A stretch of 54,096 nucleotides of DNA from an uncultured virus (IMG/VR IMGVR_UViG_3300022923_001281) (IMGVR_UViG_3300022923_001281); one strand, 5' to 3'; counted from the first letter of the stretch, positions 17,784 to 27,027 are shown. Translations and numbers: made by a program. Notes: generated by a model not told the origin, from the sequence alone.

Positions 17784-17892
17784 AGAAAAAATAATCTTAA
17801 ACAATAAAATAATTGACAGAACTGGTAATGTTGTCAATACAGAATCTAGCGAGTATTTCATAAAAACATTTTTTGACAAATACGACAATTAC

Positions 17893-19026
17893 ATGTATAT
17901 AGAAGCAGATGGAGAATTTCCACATTTAGACAATTTGTCCTTTAACTGTGACTCAACCTTACATATATTTTTACGTGAGCTACCTAGTTTTGGTATTGAT
18001 CCCAAAATTAATTTTACTGAACCTGAAACTTGTACACTTTATCGAACAACAGATTGGAAGTCCTATAAACCAATGTATATAGGGCTGGCTAATAATGATA
18101 AAATTAACATCTGTTACGAAGTTGCTGCTATTAAAAAATTTTGTGATAGAAATAATATTGAAGATTATGTAATATATACCGGCTGTTATAATTTAAATTT
18201 AAAAAGAATTTATCCTAGCATAAAATTTGAAACATTAGACTACATTTTATACTGGTTATTGCGTAAAGGTAATACAAGCACAATAACAACCTTTAATAAA
18301 AAACAAAACAACAAACACTTAGATAAAATTAGTAGTAAATTTATATGTACAAATAGACGTTATGAGGGTATAAGAGAATTAGTTGCCTCTTACATGCTAG
18401 ATTATGATACTATTTTGTCGTTTAATAAATCAAGAATAGATTTTACAATATTTTATAAAAATAAAGATGTTACTAAAAAACTTTATTGGTCTAATATTGA
18501 CGATAGATTGTGTTTTGATTACTCAAAGTTGCCAAAAAAATACAAAACCAACATGTATAGTATATCAAAATCGTTGGTTATTGATTATGATATGGACAAT
18601 GAAGCAGGAGATATTGATGATAAAGTAGGAAGGTTTATGAACTTAGAACAATACTACAAAGCATTTTGTGCTGTGATAACTGAATCAAGGTTCTTTATGC
18701 CTTATGGTCATTTTGCCGATAAAACTTTAAATGCTGTTAAGACTATGAGGCCTTTTGTTTTATTTTCAAGTCCTTATACACTTGAATATATGAGATCTTT
18801 AGGATTTAAAACATTTGATACATTTTGGGACGAATCATATGACGTCGAAGAAGATCATATGTTAAGATATCAGAAGGTATGCGATACAATTGACAGCATT
18901 AATAACTATAGTATAGACGAGTGTAAAATGCTCTACAGCAAATTATCACACATAGTAGAACATAACTTTGATATTTTATTAAAACTACAAACACAACTCG
19001 GAGACTATGATGAAACACAGTATTGA
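17893..19026 (+). CDS. glycosyltransferase-like protein (GT10-like C-terminal motif); start may be near 17770
   Basis: VITES...ADKTLNAV...RPFVLF...LRSLGFKTF..FWDESYD. Paralog at 36704. Confidence 0.55.
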   Translation: MYIEADGEFPHLDNLSFNCDSTLHIFLRELPSFGIDPKINFTEPETCTLYRTTDWKSYKPMYIGLANNDKINICYEVAAIKKFCDRNNIEDYVIYTGCYNLNLKRIYPSIKFETLDYILYWLLRKGNTSTITTFNKKQNNKHLDKISSKFICTNRRYEGIRELVASYMLDYDTILSFNKSRIDFTIFYKNKDVTKKLYWSNIDDRLCFDYSKLPKKYKTNMYSISKSLVIDYDMDNEAGDIDDKVGRFMNLEQYYKAFCAVITESRFFMPYGHFADKTLNAVKTMRPFVLFSSPYTLEYMRSLGFKTFDTFWDESYDVEEDHMLRYQKVCDTIDSINNYSIDECKMLYSKLSHIVEHNFDILLKLQTQLGDYDETQY

Positions 19027-19231
19027 GCAATGGATAGAGCGTATTAATACCATGAAAGATTTATGTATTCAAGCTCATCGTTTACGAAATGAATTTAGTG
19101 AACTAGCAGACAAAACATTTGACGAAGCGCAGTGTAAACATATGCTCGAACAAGTTCAGTCTATGGCAGCAGGCATAGCAAACGAAGAAATAACAACAAT
19201 AAAAACTGATATGGATGAGTGGAAAAAATGA
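19007..19231 (+). CDS. hypothetical protein
   Basis: 74-aa ORF with a GGAG RBS. Confidence 0.7.
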   Translation: MMKHSIEQWIERINTMKDLCIQAHRLRNEFSELADKTFDEAQCKHMLEQVQSMAAGIANEEITTIKTDMDEWKK

Positions 19232-19782
19232 TTGAAAAAGAATATAGCATGGAAGACGTAATGAAAGGCATTAGTAACATTGTTACTCAAATGTATAAAG
19301 ATAGTTGGCGACCTGATTATATTGTCGGTATCAACAGAGGCGGATTACCTATAAGTGTTGTGTTAAGTCACATGATTGATGTTACACATTATTGTTTAGA
19401 CGTAAGGCTTAGAGATAACAAAGATAAGCAAGGACCAGAAAGTAACTGCTGGATGGCAGAGGATGCGTTCGGATACTTGTACAAACCCGATCGTGACGAT
19501 GTATACGGTAAAGGTACTTGTCAGCCGAAGATGCGTAAAAATATCCTTATTGTAGATGATATCAACGACACTGGCGCAACCTTTAAATGGATCAAAGAAG
19601 ACTGGGAATCTGGTTGCTTGCCCGGACACGAAGGATGGCAAGACGTATGGAACCAAAATGTTCGCTTTGCTGCTCTTTGTGAAAAGACACATACAAAGTT
19701 TGACGGTGTAGACTATTATTGGGAAGAAATTGACACAAGCGAGCAAGACACTTGGGTAGTGTTTCCGTGGGAAAATGTATGA
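19228..19782 (+). CDS. purine phosphoribosyltransferase (type I PRT)
   Basis: IVGINRGG, ILIVDDINDTGAT (PRPP loop) and WVVFPWE. Confidence 0.9.
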   Translation: MIEKEYSMEDVMKGISNIVTQMYKDSWRPDYIVGINRGGLPISVVLSHMIDVTHYCLDVRLRDNKDKQGPESNCWMAEDAFGYLYKPDRDDVYGKGTCQPKMRKNILIVDDINDTGATFKWIKEDWESGCLPGHEGWQDVWNQNVRFAALCEKTHTKFDGVDYYWEEIDTSEQDTWVVFPWENV

Positions 19783-20012
19783 TAAAAGAATGGTCACTTA
19801 AAGATATTAAAAACGAGATAAGTAAAATATCGTGGGCAGAATCTGATCCTCGTATGGATGGATTTGTGACTTGGGGATGTAAGCAAGAGCTTTACGAAAT
19901 CCTTTGGTATGTGGAAGAAAAATTGCGTAAGTGTTCAACCTACGCAGGCGAAGAAGACTTCCTCAAAGAACACGATAAAGAAATGACGTGGAGAATATTA
20001 AATGAAGACTAA
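19779..20012 (+). CDS. hypothetical protein
   Basis: ATGA overlap with the PRT stop. Confidence 0.7.
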   Translation: MIKEWSLKDIKNEISKISWAESDPRMDGFVTWGCKQELYEILWYVEEKLRKCSTYAGEEDFLKEHDKEMTWRILNED

Positions 20013-20187
20013 GTATGCTATAAAGTTAATGTTGTCTGCTGATGACTGGATTTACGTGACTGAAGATACCGAAGCACCTATGTTTCAAATTCATCCAATG
20101 TTATTTAATACCAGACATGAAGCTGAGGAACATGCTGAAACTTGGAACAAAAGAGTTACTAAAGTAGTTAGATGGAGAGAACGATGA
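20002..20187 (+). CDS. hypothetical protein
   Basis: 61-aa ORF within the overlapping run. Confidence 0.65.
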   Translation: MKTKYAIKLMLSADDWIYVTEDTEAPMFQIHPMLFNTRHEAEEHAETWNKRVTKVVRWRER

Positions 20188-20312
20188 GTTGTACTTGTGG
20201 CAGATCGCCAACTGGTAGATGTATAGGTTGGCACAAACTAACAGAGGAACAATACCTCGAGAAAAAAGCAGAGTATGAAGCAAGACAGACACAGAAGGAG
20301 AATAACAAATGA
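20184..20312 (+). CDS. 42-aa CDGSH-like metal-binding microprotein (not in ORF track)
   Basis: MSCTCGRSPTGRCIGWHKLTEEQY..., with ATGA overlaps at both ends. Confidence 0.7.
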   Translation: MSCTCGRSPTGRCIGWHKLTEEQYLEKKAEYEARQTQKENNK

Positions 20313-20515
20313 GTATGTCAGCACAATTAATTAAAGCAGCAAGAATGCACGCCGAAGGTGAGCTTGAAAGAGCTAAAACTAACATTTTGGTTTATATGAA
20401 TCAAAGTGTTGGTATTGGTGAGCATAGTGATATTGTTGAAGCGATTCAAGAAGAACTTGATAAAATGGCTGCGGCAGAAGATCGCATTGAAATGTTACAA
20501 AAACATTTTTCTTGA
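20309..20515 (+). CDS. small helical hypothetical phage protein
   Basis: 68 aa, AAGGAG RBS, VGIGEHSDIVEAI. Confidence 0.75.
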   Translation: MSMSAQLIKAARMHAEGELERAKTNILVYMNQSVGIGEHSDIVEAIQEELDKMAAAEDRIEMLQKHFS

Positions 20516-20540
20516 CTTTTTATCTAAATAATGTTACTAT
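20512..20540 (+). promoter_or_regulatory. sigma70-type promoter for folE-queE
   Basis: TTGACT-17-TACTAT with an extended TGn, on the upstream TGA stop. Confidence 0.75.
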
Positions 20541-20578
20541 AAACAATAGACATCCTCGTCTATAACTCGGAGAATAAA

Positions 20579-21283
20579 ATGACAGAAGACTTAAACACTT
20601 ATGCCTCTCATAAGATTCGATCTAGACTTAAAGAAGCTGGAGGCAGATACTGGGCTGGTGACAACATCAGCCAGTATATCGAAGAAGGTGAGCGTGAAGA
20701 GCTCATTGAAGAACTTACTATAAAATTTGAAGGTGTTTTACAAAGCCTTGTAATTGACACTGATAATGATCCTAATTCTATGGACACCGCAAGACGTCTT
20801 GCGAAAATGTATGTTAAAGAATTGTTGAGCGGAAGGTATGACCCAATGCCTAATGCTACAGCATTTCCTAACCATACAGAAGATCGTTATGATGGTATGT
20901 TGGTTGTTCGCAGTGAACTTACAAGCATGTGTTCACATCATCACCAAACTGTTAAAGGTGTGGCGTATATTGGTATCATTGCTGCTGATACACTTATTGG
21001 ACTTAGTAAATACACACGCATTGCCCAATGGTGTGCTAGACGTGGAACACTACAAGAAGAACTCGCTATGGATATTGCTAAAGAAATTATGAAAGCAACT
21101 GGCAGCAACGATGTTGCTGTTTATATCCAAGCTACACATGGTTGTTGCGAGAATCGTGGTATTCAAGCGCACAGCAGTCTTACACAAACAACTGTGCTAA
21201 AAGGTTGTTTCAAGTCAGATGATGCTGTTAAAAAAGAGTTTATGGATAATATTAAATTACAACAAGGATACTCACCACGATGA
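20579..21283 (+). CDS. folE: GTP cyclohydrolase I
   Basis: TARRLAKMY, SMCSHH, GLSKY.R, LQEEL and HGCCENRG. Confidence 0.96.
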   Translation: MTEDLNTYASHKIRSRLKEAGGRYWAGDNISQYIEEGEREELIEELTIKFEGVLQSLVIDTDNDPNSMDTARRLAKMYVKELLSGRYDPMPNATAFPNHTEDRYDGMLVVRSELTSMCSHHHQTVKGVAYIGIIAADTLIGLSKYTRIAQWCARRGTLQEELAMDIAKEIMKATGSNDVAVYIQATHGCCENRGIQAHSSLTQTTVLKGCFKSDDAVKKEFMDNIKLQQGYSPR

Positions 21284-21444
21284 CAGAACCAGTAGATGTA
21301 AGTAAAAAACACTTTTATATTAGTTTAGTTAAAAGTGCTGTGCGTATAGCAGGATGTGCTGTATGCTTGTATACAGGCAGTGTAGTATGGTTGGCAAGTG
21401 GTTTTCTTGTTGCTGAACTACTTGGCATAGCGGAGGAGCTGTAA
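21280..21444 (+). CDS. 54-aa membrane microprotein (not in ORF track)
   Basis: MTEPVDVSKKHFYISLVKSAVRIAGCAVCL...AELLGIAEEL overlaps the folE stop and the queE start. Confidence 0.7.
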   Translation: MTEPVDVSKKHFYISLVKSAVRIAGCAVCLYTGSVVWLASGFLVAELLGIAEEL

Positions 21445-22340
21445 TGAAGTTACGTTATAGCGAAGCTTTTTATAGTGTACAAGGCGAAGGCAAGTTTGTA
21501 GGAGTACCTAGTGTATTCCTACGCACCTTCGGTTGTAACTTCCGTTGTATGAACTTTGGTGTTGATAAAAGTGTTGGCGATCGTTGGGAGCAACATGCTC
21601 GTGGTGAACGTTATAACGCAGAAGTAAAACAACTACTAGATGACGGTGTTCATGAAACTACAAAAGAGTTTAACGACTTACCTATTGTACACACAGGCTG
21701 TGATACATACGCAAGTATCTATCCAGAATTTAAACACTTCAATATGCTTAAAAGCGTAGACGAAGTTGTAGAGCATTTGCTTAGTTTATTGCCAGAAGGT
21801 AAATGGACTATGGATAACGGACAGGACGTTCACCTTATACTTACAGGCGGTGAACCTTTGTTGGCGTGGCAACGACTGTATGTAGAACTATTTGAACACC
21901 CACGTATGCAGGATCTAAAAAATGTCACAATCGAAACCAACACTACACAGCATCTACACGATGACTTCTACAACTACCTCAGCAAGCATGAACGAATTCA
22001 GCTCACTTTTAGCTGTTCTCCCAAACTATCCGTTTCGGGCGAGTCTTGGGATGATGCTATTAAGCCTGATGTTGCTCGTGAGTATTCCCTTGTTGATGGC
22101 AGCGATATGTATTTTAAGTTTGTTGTTGCTGATCAGAGTGATGTTGACGAAGTTGCTAGAGCAGTTGATTCGTATCGTGAAGCGGGCGTGGACGTCCCTG
22201 TATATCTTATGCCGCTTGGGGGTAGGTCGGAAGAATACACTCTCAACGTACAAGAGGTGGCGAACCTCTGTATGGAACGAGGGTGGAGGTTCTCGCCAAG
22301 ACTACACATCAGCTTATTCGGAAATGCCTGGGGCACTTAA
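21444..22340 (+). CDS. queE: 7-carboxy-7-deazaguanine synthase (radical SAM)
   Basis: SEAFYSVQGEG, VFLRTFGCNFRC...GCDT, LTGGEP, IETN, CSPKL and FSPRLH. Confidence 0.93.
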   Translation: MKLRYSEAFYSVQGEGKFVGVPSVFLRTFGCNFRCMNFGVDKSVGDRWEQHARGERYNAEVKQLLDDGVHETTKEFNDLPIVHTGCDTYASIYPEFKHFNMLKSVDEVVEHLLSLLPEGKWTMDNGQDVHLILTGGEPLLAWQRLYVELFEHPRMQDLKNVTIETNTTQHLHDDFYNYLSKHERIQLTFSCSPKLSVSGESWDDAIKPDVAREYSLVDGSDMYFKFVVADQSDVDEVARAVDSYREAGVDVPVYLMPLGGRSEEYTLNVQEVANLCMERGWRFSPRLHISLFGNAWGT

Positions 22341-22409
22341 AGAAAACTTAGATAGTATTCCAAAAGGCATCAAAAGCGAAGAGGAATACGAAAAGATAAG
22401 GAAACTTAT

Positions 22410-22793
22410 ATGAAAAAATGGCTTAAAGATATAACAGGCATTAGTGCTAAAGAAAAAGAACTTGAAGAAAAAGAACTAGCAGTGCTTGATAAAACTGATC
22501 CCAAGGCTGCTGCTACAAAACGCAAAGAGCCCTGGGTAAATGTGTTAGATATGCAAGTAAATCAAGAAAACATTCGTAATGGATTCTTTGAACTTGACTG
22601 GAATACATACTTCATTAAAGAACTTATAGCAAATGGGTATGGCGAACAAGCAGACCCCGAAGAAGAAATTGTTGACAGATGGTTCCGAGATATAGTATAT
22701 AATATGTTACAGGAAGAAGAAATTGATTCTAATGTTCAAACAGGTTATATTAATGTTGTGCCAATTGACAAAGGCAAAAGCGAGGTATCATGA
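22410..22793 (+). CDS. hypothetical phage protein
   Basis: 127-aa ORF (EPWVNVL, GFFELDWN, IVDRWF). Confidence 0.8.
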   Translation: MKKWLKDITGISAKEKELEEKELAVLDKTDPKAAATKRKEPWVNVLDMQVNQENIRNGFFELDWNTYFIKELIANGYGEQADPEEEIVDRWFRDIVYNMLQEEEIDSNVQTGYINVVPIDKGKSEVS

Positions 22794-22984
22794 AAGTTGC
22801 TAAGAATATGATTCTTATAAAAGGCGATCATAGTATGGCTTTTAGTGTAAGACGCCGGAAGGAGACTGTTGAAATAGATTTTTATAGAGATACTTATAAG
22901 TATTTGTCTAGTAAATTAACACTTGACGAAGGCACAAAAATGTACTATACTGCTATTACACAAGGCTATAAAGAGGCATTCTAA
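22790..22984 (+). CDS. hypothetical protein
   Basis: 64-aa ORF overlapping both neighbours. Confidence 0.6.
   Translation: MKVAKNMILIKGDHSMAFSVRRRKETVEIDFYRDTYKYLSSKLTLDEGTKMYYTAITQGYKEAF
22923..22951 (+). promoter_or_regulatory. sigma70-type promoter for the exonuclease gene
   Basis: TTGACG-17-TATACT. Confidence 0.7.
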
Positions 22985-23970
22985 TGACTTACATTCTAAT
23001 TGACACTGCTAACACGTTCTTTCGTGCTCGTCATGTTGTACGTGGCGATATTGATACAAAAGTTGGCATGGCAATGCACATTACCCTTAACAGTATTAAG
23101 AAAGCGTGGCAGGACTTTGATGGGTCACATGTTGTTTTCTGCTTAGAAGGACGTAGTTGGCGCAAAGACTTTTATGAGCCTTACAAGCGCAACCGCAAAG
23201 AACATCGTGATGCTATGAGCCCACGTGAAGCAGAAGAAGATAAAGTGTTTTGGGAAATATTTGATGAGTTTAAAGAATTTGTTACAGATAAGACTAACTG
23301 TACTGTACTACAAAATCCTGTGCTAGAGGCAGACGATCTTATTGCTGGCTGGGTACAAGCACATCCTAACGACAATCATGTTATCATTAGTACCGACGGT
23401 GACTTTGCGCAATTAATTGCTCCTAATGTGCGTCAATATAATGGGGTAAGTAATACTACTATTACCCATGAAGGATATTTTGATGACAAAGGCAAGCCCG
23501 TGTGCGATAAGAAGACAGGAGAGCCAAAGCCTGCTCCACAACCCGAATTTATGCTTTTTGAGAAATGTATGCGTGGTGACACTAGCGACAATGTTTTTAG
23601 TGCCTACCCTGGTGTGCGCAAGAAAGGCACAAAGAACAAAGTAGGTTTGTTAGAAGCATTTGCTGACAAAGATAACAAAGGCTACAACTGGAATAACATG
23701 ATGCTTCAACGTTGGGCAGATCACGAAGGCGTAGAACATCGTGTGCTAGACGACTATACACGTAATGTTACACTGTGTGATTTAACAGCACAACCCGATC
23801 ATATTAGACAAGAAATAAATAATACTATCCAATCAGCAACCAGCAAGAATATATCACAAGTTGGTATGAGACTTATGAAGTTTTGTGCCCGTTGGGATCT
23901 TCAGCGTATTGCTGATAACGCACAACATTATGCGCAACCTTTACAAGCGAGATACATACATGTCAATTAA
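22984..23970 (+). CDS. rnh: T4 RNase H-like 5'-3' exonuclease/flap endonuclease
   Basis: LIDTAN, SWRKDFY.PYK.NR, LEADDLI, ISTDGDF.QL and GDTSDN. Confidence 0.92.
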   Translation: MTYILIDTANTFFRARHVVRGDIDTKVGMAMHITLNSIKKAWQDFDGSHVVFCLEGRSWRKDFYEPYKRNRKEHRDAMSPREAEEDKVFWEIFDEFKEFVTDKTNCTVLQNPVLEADDLIAGWVQAHPNDNHVIISTDGDFAQLIAPNVRQYNGVSNTTITHEGYFDDKGKPVCDKKTGEPKPAPQPEFMLFEKCMRGDTSDNVFSAYPGVRKKGTKNKVGLLEAFADKDNKGYNWNNMMLQRWADHEGVEHRVLDDYTRNVTLCDLTAQPDHIRQEINNTIQSATSKNISQVGMRLMKFCARWDLQRIADNAQHYAQPLQARYIHVN

Positions 23971-24433
23971 TGCTAAACCTATATTAGAAGATAAATTTTG
24001 GATTGTAGAAGACAAAGGTGAAAAAGTTGCTACACTAAGTAAAAACGAAGATGGTTACATTTACAGTAAACAAGGTGATGTAAAATTTTATAATAATGCT
24101 AGAGACTTAGAAAAAACATTTGGCAAAAACTTTCTTACTGCTACCATTACAACACCTGAAGCTAATAATGAATTAGCCGTACATGGATATCCTACACGTA
24201 CTACTCCTTATAACAGTATGTTTGATATTCAGCGTAAGTTACCGTTATTTACAAAAAGTGAAAAATCAAAGTCAGTATATTGTGCTGGGTATTATCTTGT
24301 AAAATTTAATGTAAACTGGTTAAAAAGTTTTTGTCCAAAGCTAATTACTATTGAAAGGAATGATTTTATGGGTCCTTTTAAAACAGAGTTAGAAATGCGA
24401 ATGACCTTGAGCAATGTCAACAGATCCAATTAA
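23960..24433 (+). CDS. hypothetical phage protein
   Basis: AKPILEDKFWIVE...CAGYY...FCPKLIT...GPFKT. Confidence 0.8.
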   Translation: MSINAKPILEDKFWIVEDKGEKVATLSKNEDGYIYSKQGDVKFYNNARDLEKTFGKNFLTATITTPEANNELAVHGYPTRTTPYNSMFDIQRKLPLFTKSEKSKSVYCAGYYLVKFNVNWLKSFCPKLITIERNDFMGPFKTELEMRMTLSNVNRSN

Positions 24434-24656
24434 CACAGGCCCAATACAACAATTTATAAAACAGACTCAAGCGGCTGATAAAAGTAACGCTAAAGAAATA
24501 CGTTTGGATATTGCTAATGCTAAAAATTTATCTTATACATTAGGCATAGTAATGGCACGTTTAAACGGAGACTTAGAAAAATTTGTAAAAGATAACCAAG
24601 GGGCATCAGACGAAGTGATAGAAGTTAGGCTTGGCGGCAGTGGAGAATGGAAATAG
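24414..24656 (+). CDS. hypothetical protein
   Basis: 80-aa ORF. Confidence 0.75.
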   Translation: MSTDPINTGPIQQFIKQTQAADKSNAKEIRLDIANAKNLSYTLGIVMARLNGDLEKFVKDNQGASDEVIEVRLGGSGEWK

Positions 24657-24669
24657 TCTACAAGAAATG

Positions 24670-24703
24670 ATAAATATATGCGTATATAACTAGAGGATAC
24701 GCA
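24670..24703 (+). promoter_or_regulatory. late-type ATAAATA box plus TGCGTATATAACT element and hairpin
   Basis: ATAAATA at 24670. A TGCGTAT/ATACGCA inverted repeat flanks the GAGG RBS. Confidence 0.5.
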
Positions 24704-24704
24704 C

Positions 24705-24989
24705 ATGAGTAGACCAAAGCCCGATATATTAATGGAGTTTGTAGATAGCAAAACCTATAAGAGTGAACAAATACTTCAAGCAGAAGCAATCTGGGCTGTA
24801 TTCTACAAAGACCAACCTTTTAATTTAAAATCGCAAAACAAACTAACAAATTATCCCGGACCTAAATATAAAAAAACAAGTTTTTCAAATCCAGGACATG
24901 CTCTAAATTTAGCAAAAAAATTAAATTCAATGTTTAAAACTACTGATTTTAGTGTATATAAACTTACAGAAGGCGATAGAATTGAATAA
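24705..24989 (+). CDS. basic hypothetical phage protein
   Basis: MSRPKP...GPKYKKTSFSNPGHALNLAKKLN. Confidence 0.85.
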   Translation: MSRPKPDILMEFVDSKTYKSEQILQAEAIWAVFYKDQPFNLKSQNKLTNYPGPKYKKTSFSNPGHALNLAKKLNSMFKTTDFSVYKLTEGDRIE

Positions 24990-25374
24990 AACTGTATATA
25001 CTAAGTTGTTTTTAAGTCAACTTGGTTACACTACAGATGATACAAACGTGACACATTATATGCCTATATGGTGGCAAAACACACGAGATAAAGATAGTGG
25101 TGGTTTGCGCCTTACAGAAGAAGGCTTTGATATGCTTTCTAAAATTGACTTAGCAACGTATCATATTCCTTATCCAATGGACATGCCATTGACTACACAG
25201 GTTATTATATTTTTAGATCAATTTATCGATTGTCCTTATTATCTAACAAACAAAGCAATATATGTTACAAATGAAAAGAAAGCAGTCGAACTAACACTTT
25301 TTAGTGGTGACTTGCGTAAGTATGGTGTAACAAAAGCAATGAAAAGATCTAGCAACATTGATAGCAAAGAATGA
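24982..25374 (+). CDS. hypothetical phage protein
   Basis: WWQNTR...GGLRLTEEG...CPYYL. TTG start inferred. Confidence 0.75.
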   Translation: MNKTVYTKLFLSQLGYTTDDTNVTHYMPIWWQNTRDKDSGGLRLTEEGFDMLSKIDLATYHIPYPMDMPLTTQVIIFLDQFIDCPYYLTNKAIYVTNEKKAVELTLFSGDLRKYGVTKAMKRSSNIDSKE

Positions 25375-25870
25375 TGATTTTAAGCGTATAGTTAGGTGTG
25401 AAGCAAGGTTAGGTAGTTCATTTTTTACTTCACAGGTACACAGCAATAAAAACTCTTGGGAAGTCGTTTATACCACAGACCACGACAATTATGAAGTTTA
25501 CACCAGTGTAAGACATCCAATAGAAAGATTTAGAAGTTATTTCGCATTTTGGGAAGGTGATAAAAAATGGACAATGACCTTTGTAAAAAATTACTTTGCT
25601 AATTTTAAACATAGTGACGATGTCCATACACAATTCCAAAGTTTTTTTGATTATGGAAATACAAAATATTTCGAAATGGTATATCTACAAAACTTTTTAA
25701 ACATACCTACATATAAACAAAACAAAGTAACGGTAAATTTGAATTGGTACAATAAACTTACACAAACTCCAAAAGAAGTTATTGATTTTGTTAATATTCA
25801 AAGTAAAAAAACATACAAAGACGATATAATTTGGTATAATAATTTAAAAAAATATGAATTTCCAGGTTGA
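25358..25870 (+). CDS. sulfotransferase family 2-like protein
   Basis: VRHPIERFRSYF and HTQFQS. The 5'-PSB loop is degenerate and the gene is AT-rich. Confidence 0.5.
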   Translation: MIAKNDDFKRIVRCEARLGSSFFTSQVHSNKNSWEVVYTTDHDNYEVYTSVRHPIERFRSYFAFWEGDKKWTMTFVKNYFANFKHSDDVHTQFQSFFDYGNTKYFEMVYLQNFLNIPTYKQNKVTVNLNWYNKLTQTPKEVIDFVNIQSKKTYKDDIIWYNNLKKYEFPG

Positions 25871-25911
25871 CAAATTTGTATTAGATGCTATTATAGTTGT
25901 ATAGGCACTGA
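25867..25911 (+). promoter_or_regulatory. promoter, twin motif copy 1
   Basis: TTGACA-16-TATTAT then AGTTGTATAGGCACTGA. Confidence 0.8.
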
Positions 25912-25932
25912 TTAACAAGAAGGAATACAAAT

Positions 25933-27018
25933 ATGTCAGATATGAGAACAGTTTCTCCGAACAAGGCAAAAGCAAGTTTACGCCGGGCTATGCGTAAAAA
26001 GCGTCCTGTGTTCATTTGGGGGCCTCCAGGCATTGGTAAATCAGATATTGTAGGACAGGTTACTGAATCTTTTCCTAACAGTCATTTGATTGATATTCGA
26101 CTATCATTATGGGAACCTACAGATATTAAAGGTATTCCATATTTTGATAGCAATGTAGGCAAAATGGTTTGGGCTCCACCTATGGAGTTGCCAGACGAGG
26201 CCATGGCAGCAAAGTATGATCACATTACTTTGTTCCTAGACGAAATGAATTCTGCGGCACCTGCTGTACAAGCGGCAGCTTATCAGCTTACACTAAACCG
26301 TAGAATTGGTAATTATAAATTGCCCGACAATGTAGTAATTGTTGCGGCAGGTAACCGCGAAGCAGACAAAGGTGTTACATATCGTATGCCTGCTCCGTTG
26401 GCTAACCGGTTTGTACACTTAGAACTTGCTGTCAATTTTGACGATTGGTTTGAGTGGGCAGTAGCAAACAAAATCAACAAAGACGTTGTTGGTTACTTAC
26501 AGTTTGCTAAAGGGGATCTTTATGATTTTGATCCTCGTAGTTCAAGTCGATCATTTGCTTCTCCTCGTTCATGGACTTTTGTAAGTGAACTTATCGACGA
26601 CGAAGATGATGACGAGTCTACAACTACAGATCTTGTTGCTGGATCAGTTGGTGAAGGACTTGCTGTCAAATTTATGGCGCATCGAAAAATTGCTGGGAAT
26701 ATGCCAAATCCAAGTGATATCCTTGCTGGTAAAGTTAAAGAGTTACAGACACAAGAAATCAGTGCCAAGTATTCCTTGACTGTTTCTCTTTGCTATGAGT
26801 TAAAAGATGCTTGTGATAAAAATGACAAGAACTTTGATAATAAAGTAAATAATTTCCTTAGATTTGCTATGGATAACTTTGAAACAGAGTTGGTTGTTAT
26901 GGGTATCAAACTTGCGTTGACTCAGTATAGTTTACCAATTGATCCTGATGCTATTGAATGTTTTGACGAGTTTCATGACAGATATGGTAAGTATATCAAA
27001 GCAGCACAAGGAGTTTAA
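25933..27018 (+). CDS. MoxR-like AAA+ ATPase
   Basis: GPPGIGKS (Walker A), LFLDEMN (Walker B), AAGNR and LANRF. Confidence 0.92.
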   Translation: MSDMRTVSPNKAKASLRRAMRKKRPVFIWGPPGIGKSDIVGQVTESFPNSHLIDIRLSLWEPTDIKGIPYFDSNVGKMVWAPPMELPDEAMAAKYDHITLFLDEMNSAAPAVQAAAYQLTLNRRIGNYKLPDNVVIVAAGNREADKGVTYRMPAPLANRFVHLELAVNFDDWFEWAVANKINKDVVGYLQFAKGDLYDFDPRSSSRSFASPRSWTFVSELIDDEDDDESTTTDLVAGSVGEGLAVKFMAHRKIAGNMPNPSDILAGKVKELQTQEISAKYSLTVSLCYELKDACDKNDKNFDNKVNNFLRFAMDNFETELVVMGIKLALTQYSLPIDPDAIECFDEFHDRYGKYIKAAQGV

Positions 27019-27027
27019 TGCGTCTAT

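Noticed and set aside
17812..17838. ATTGACA...TGTCAAT inverted repeat
   Set aside because: Only 7 bp with a long loop, no T tract, no good -10, and probably within coding sequence.
21922..22413. 163-aa same-strand ORF overlapping the 3' half of queE
   Set aside because: The Leu/Met/Ser-rich shifted-frame translation is what appears when the real gene avoids NTA codons, and it has no motif. Only the last 29 codons (ATG 22324) might be a real microgene.
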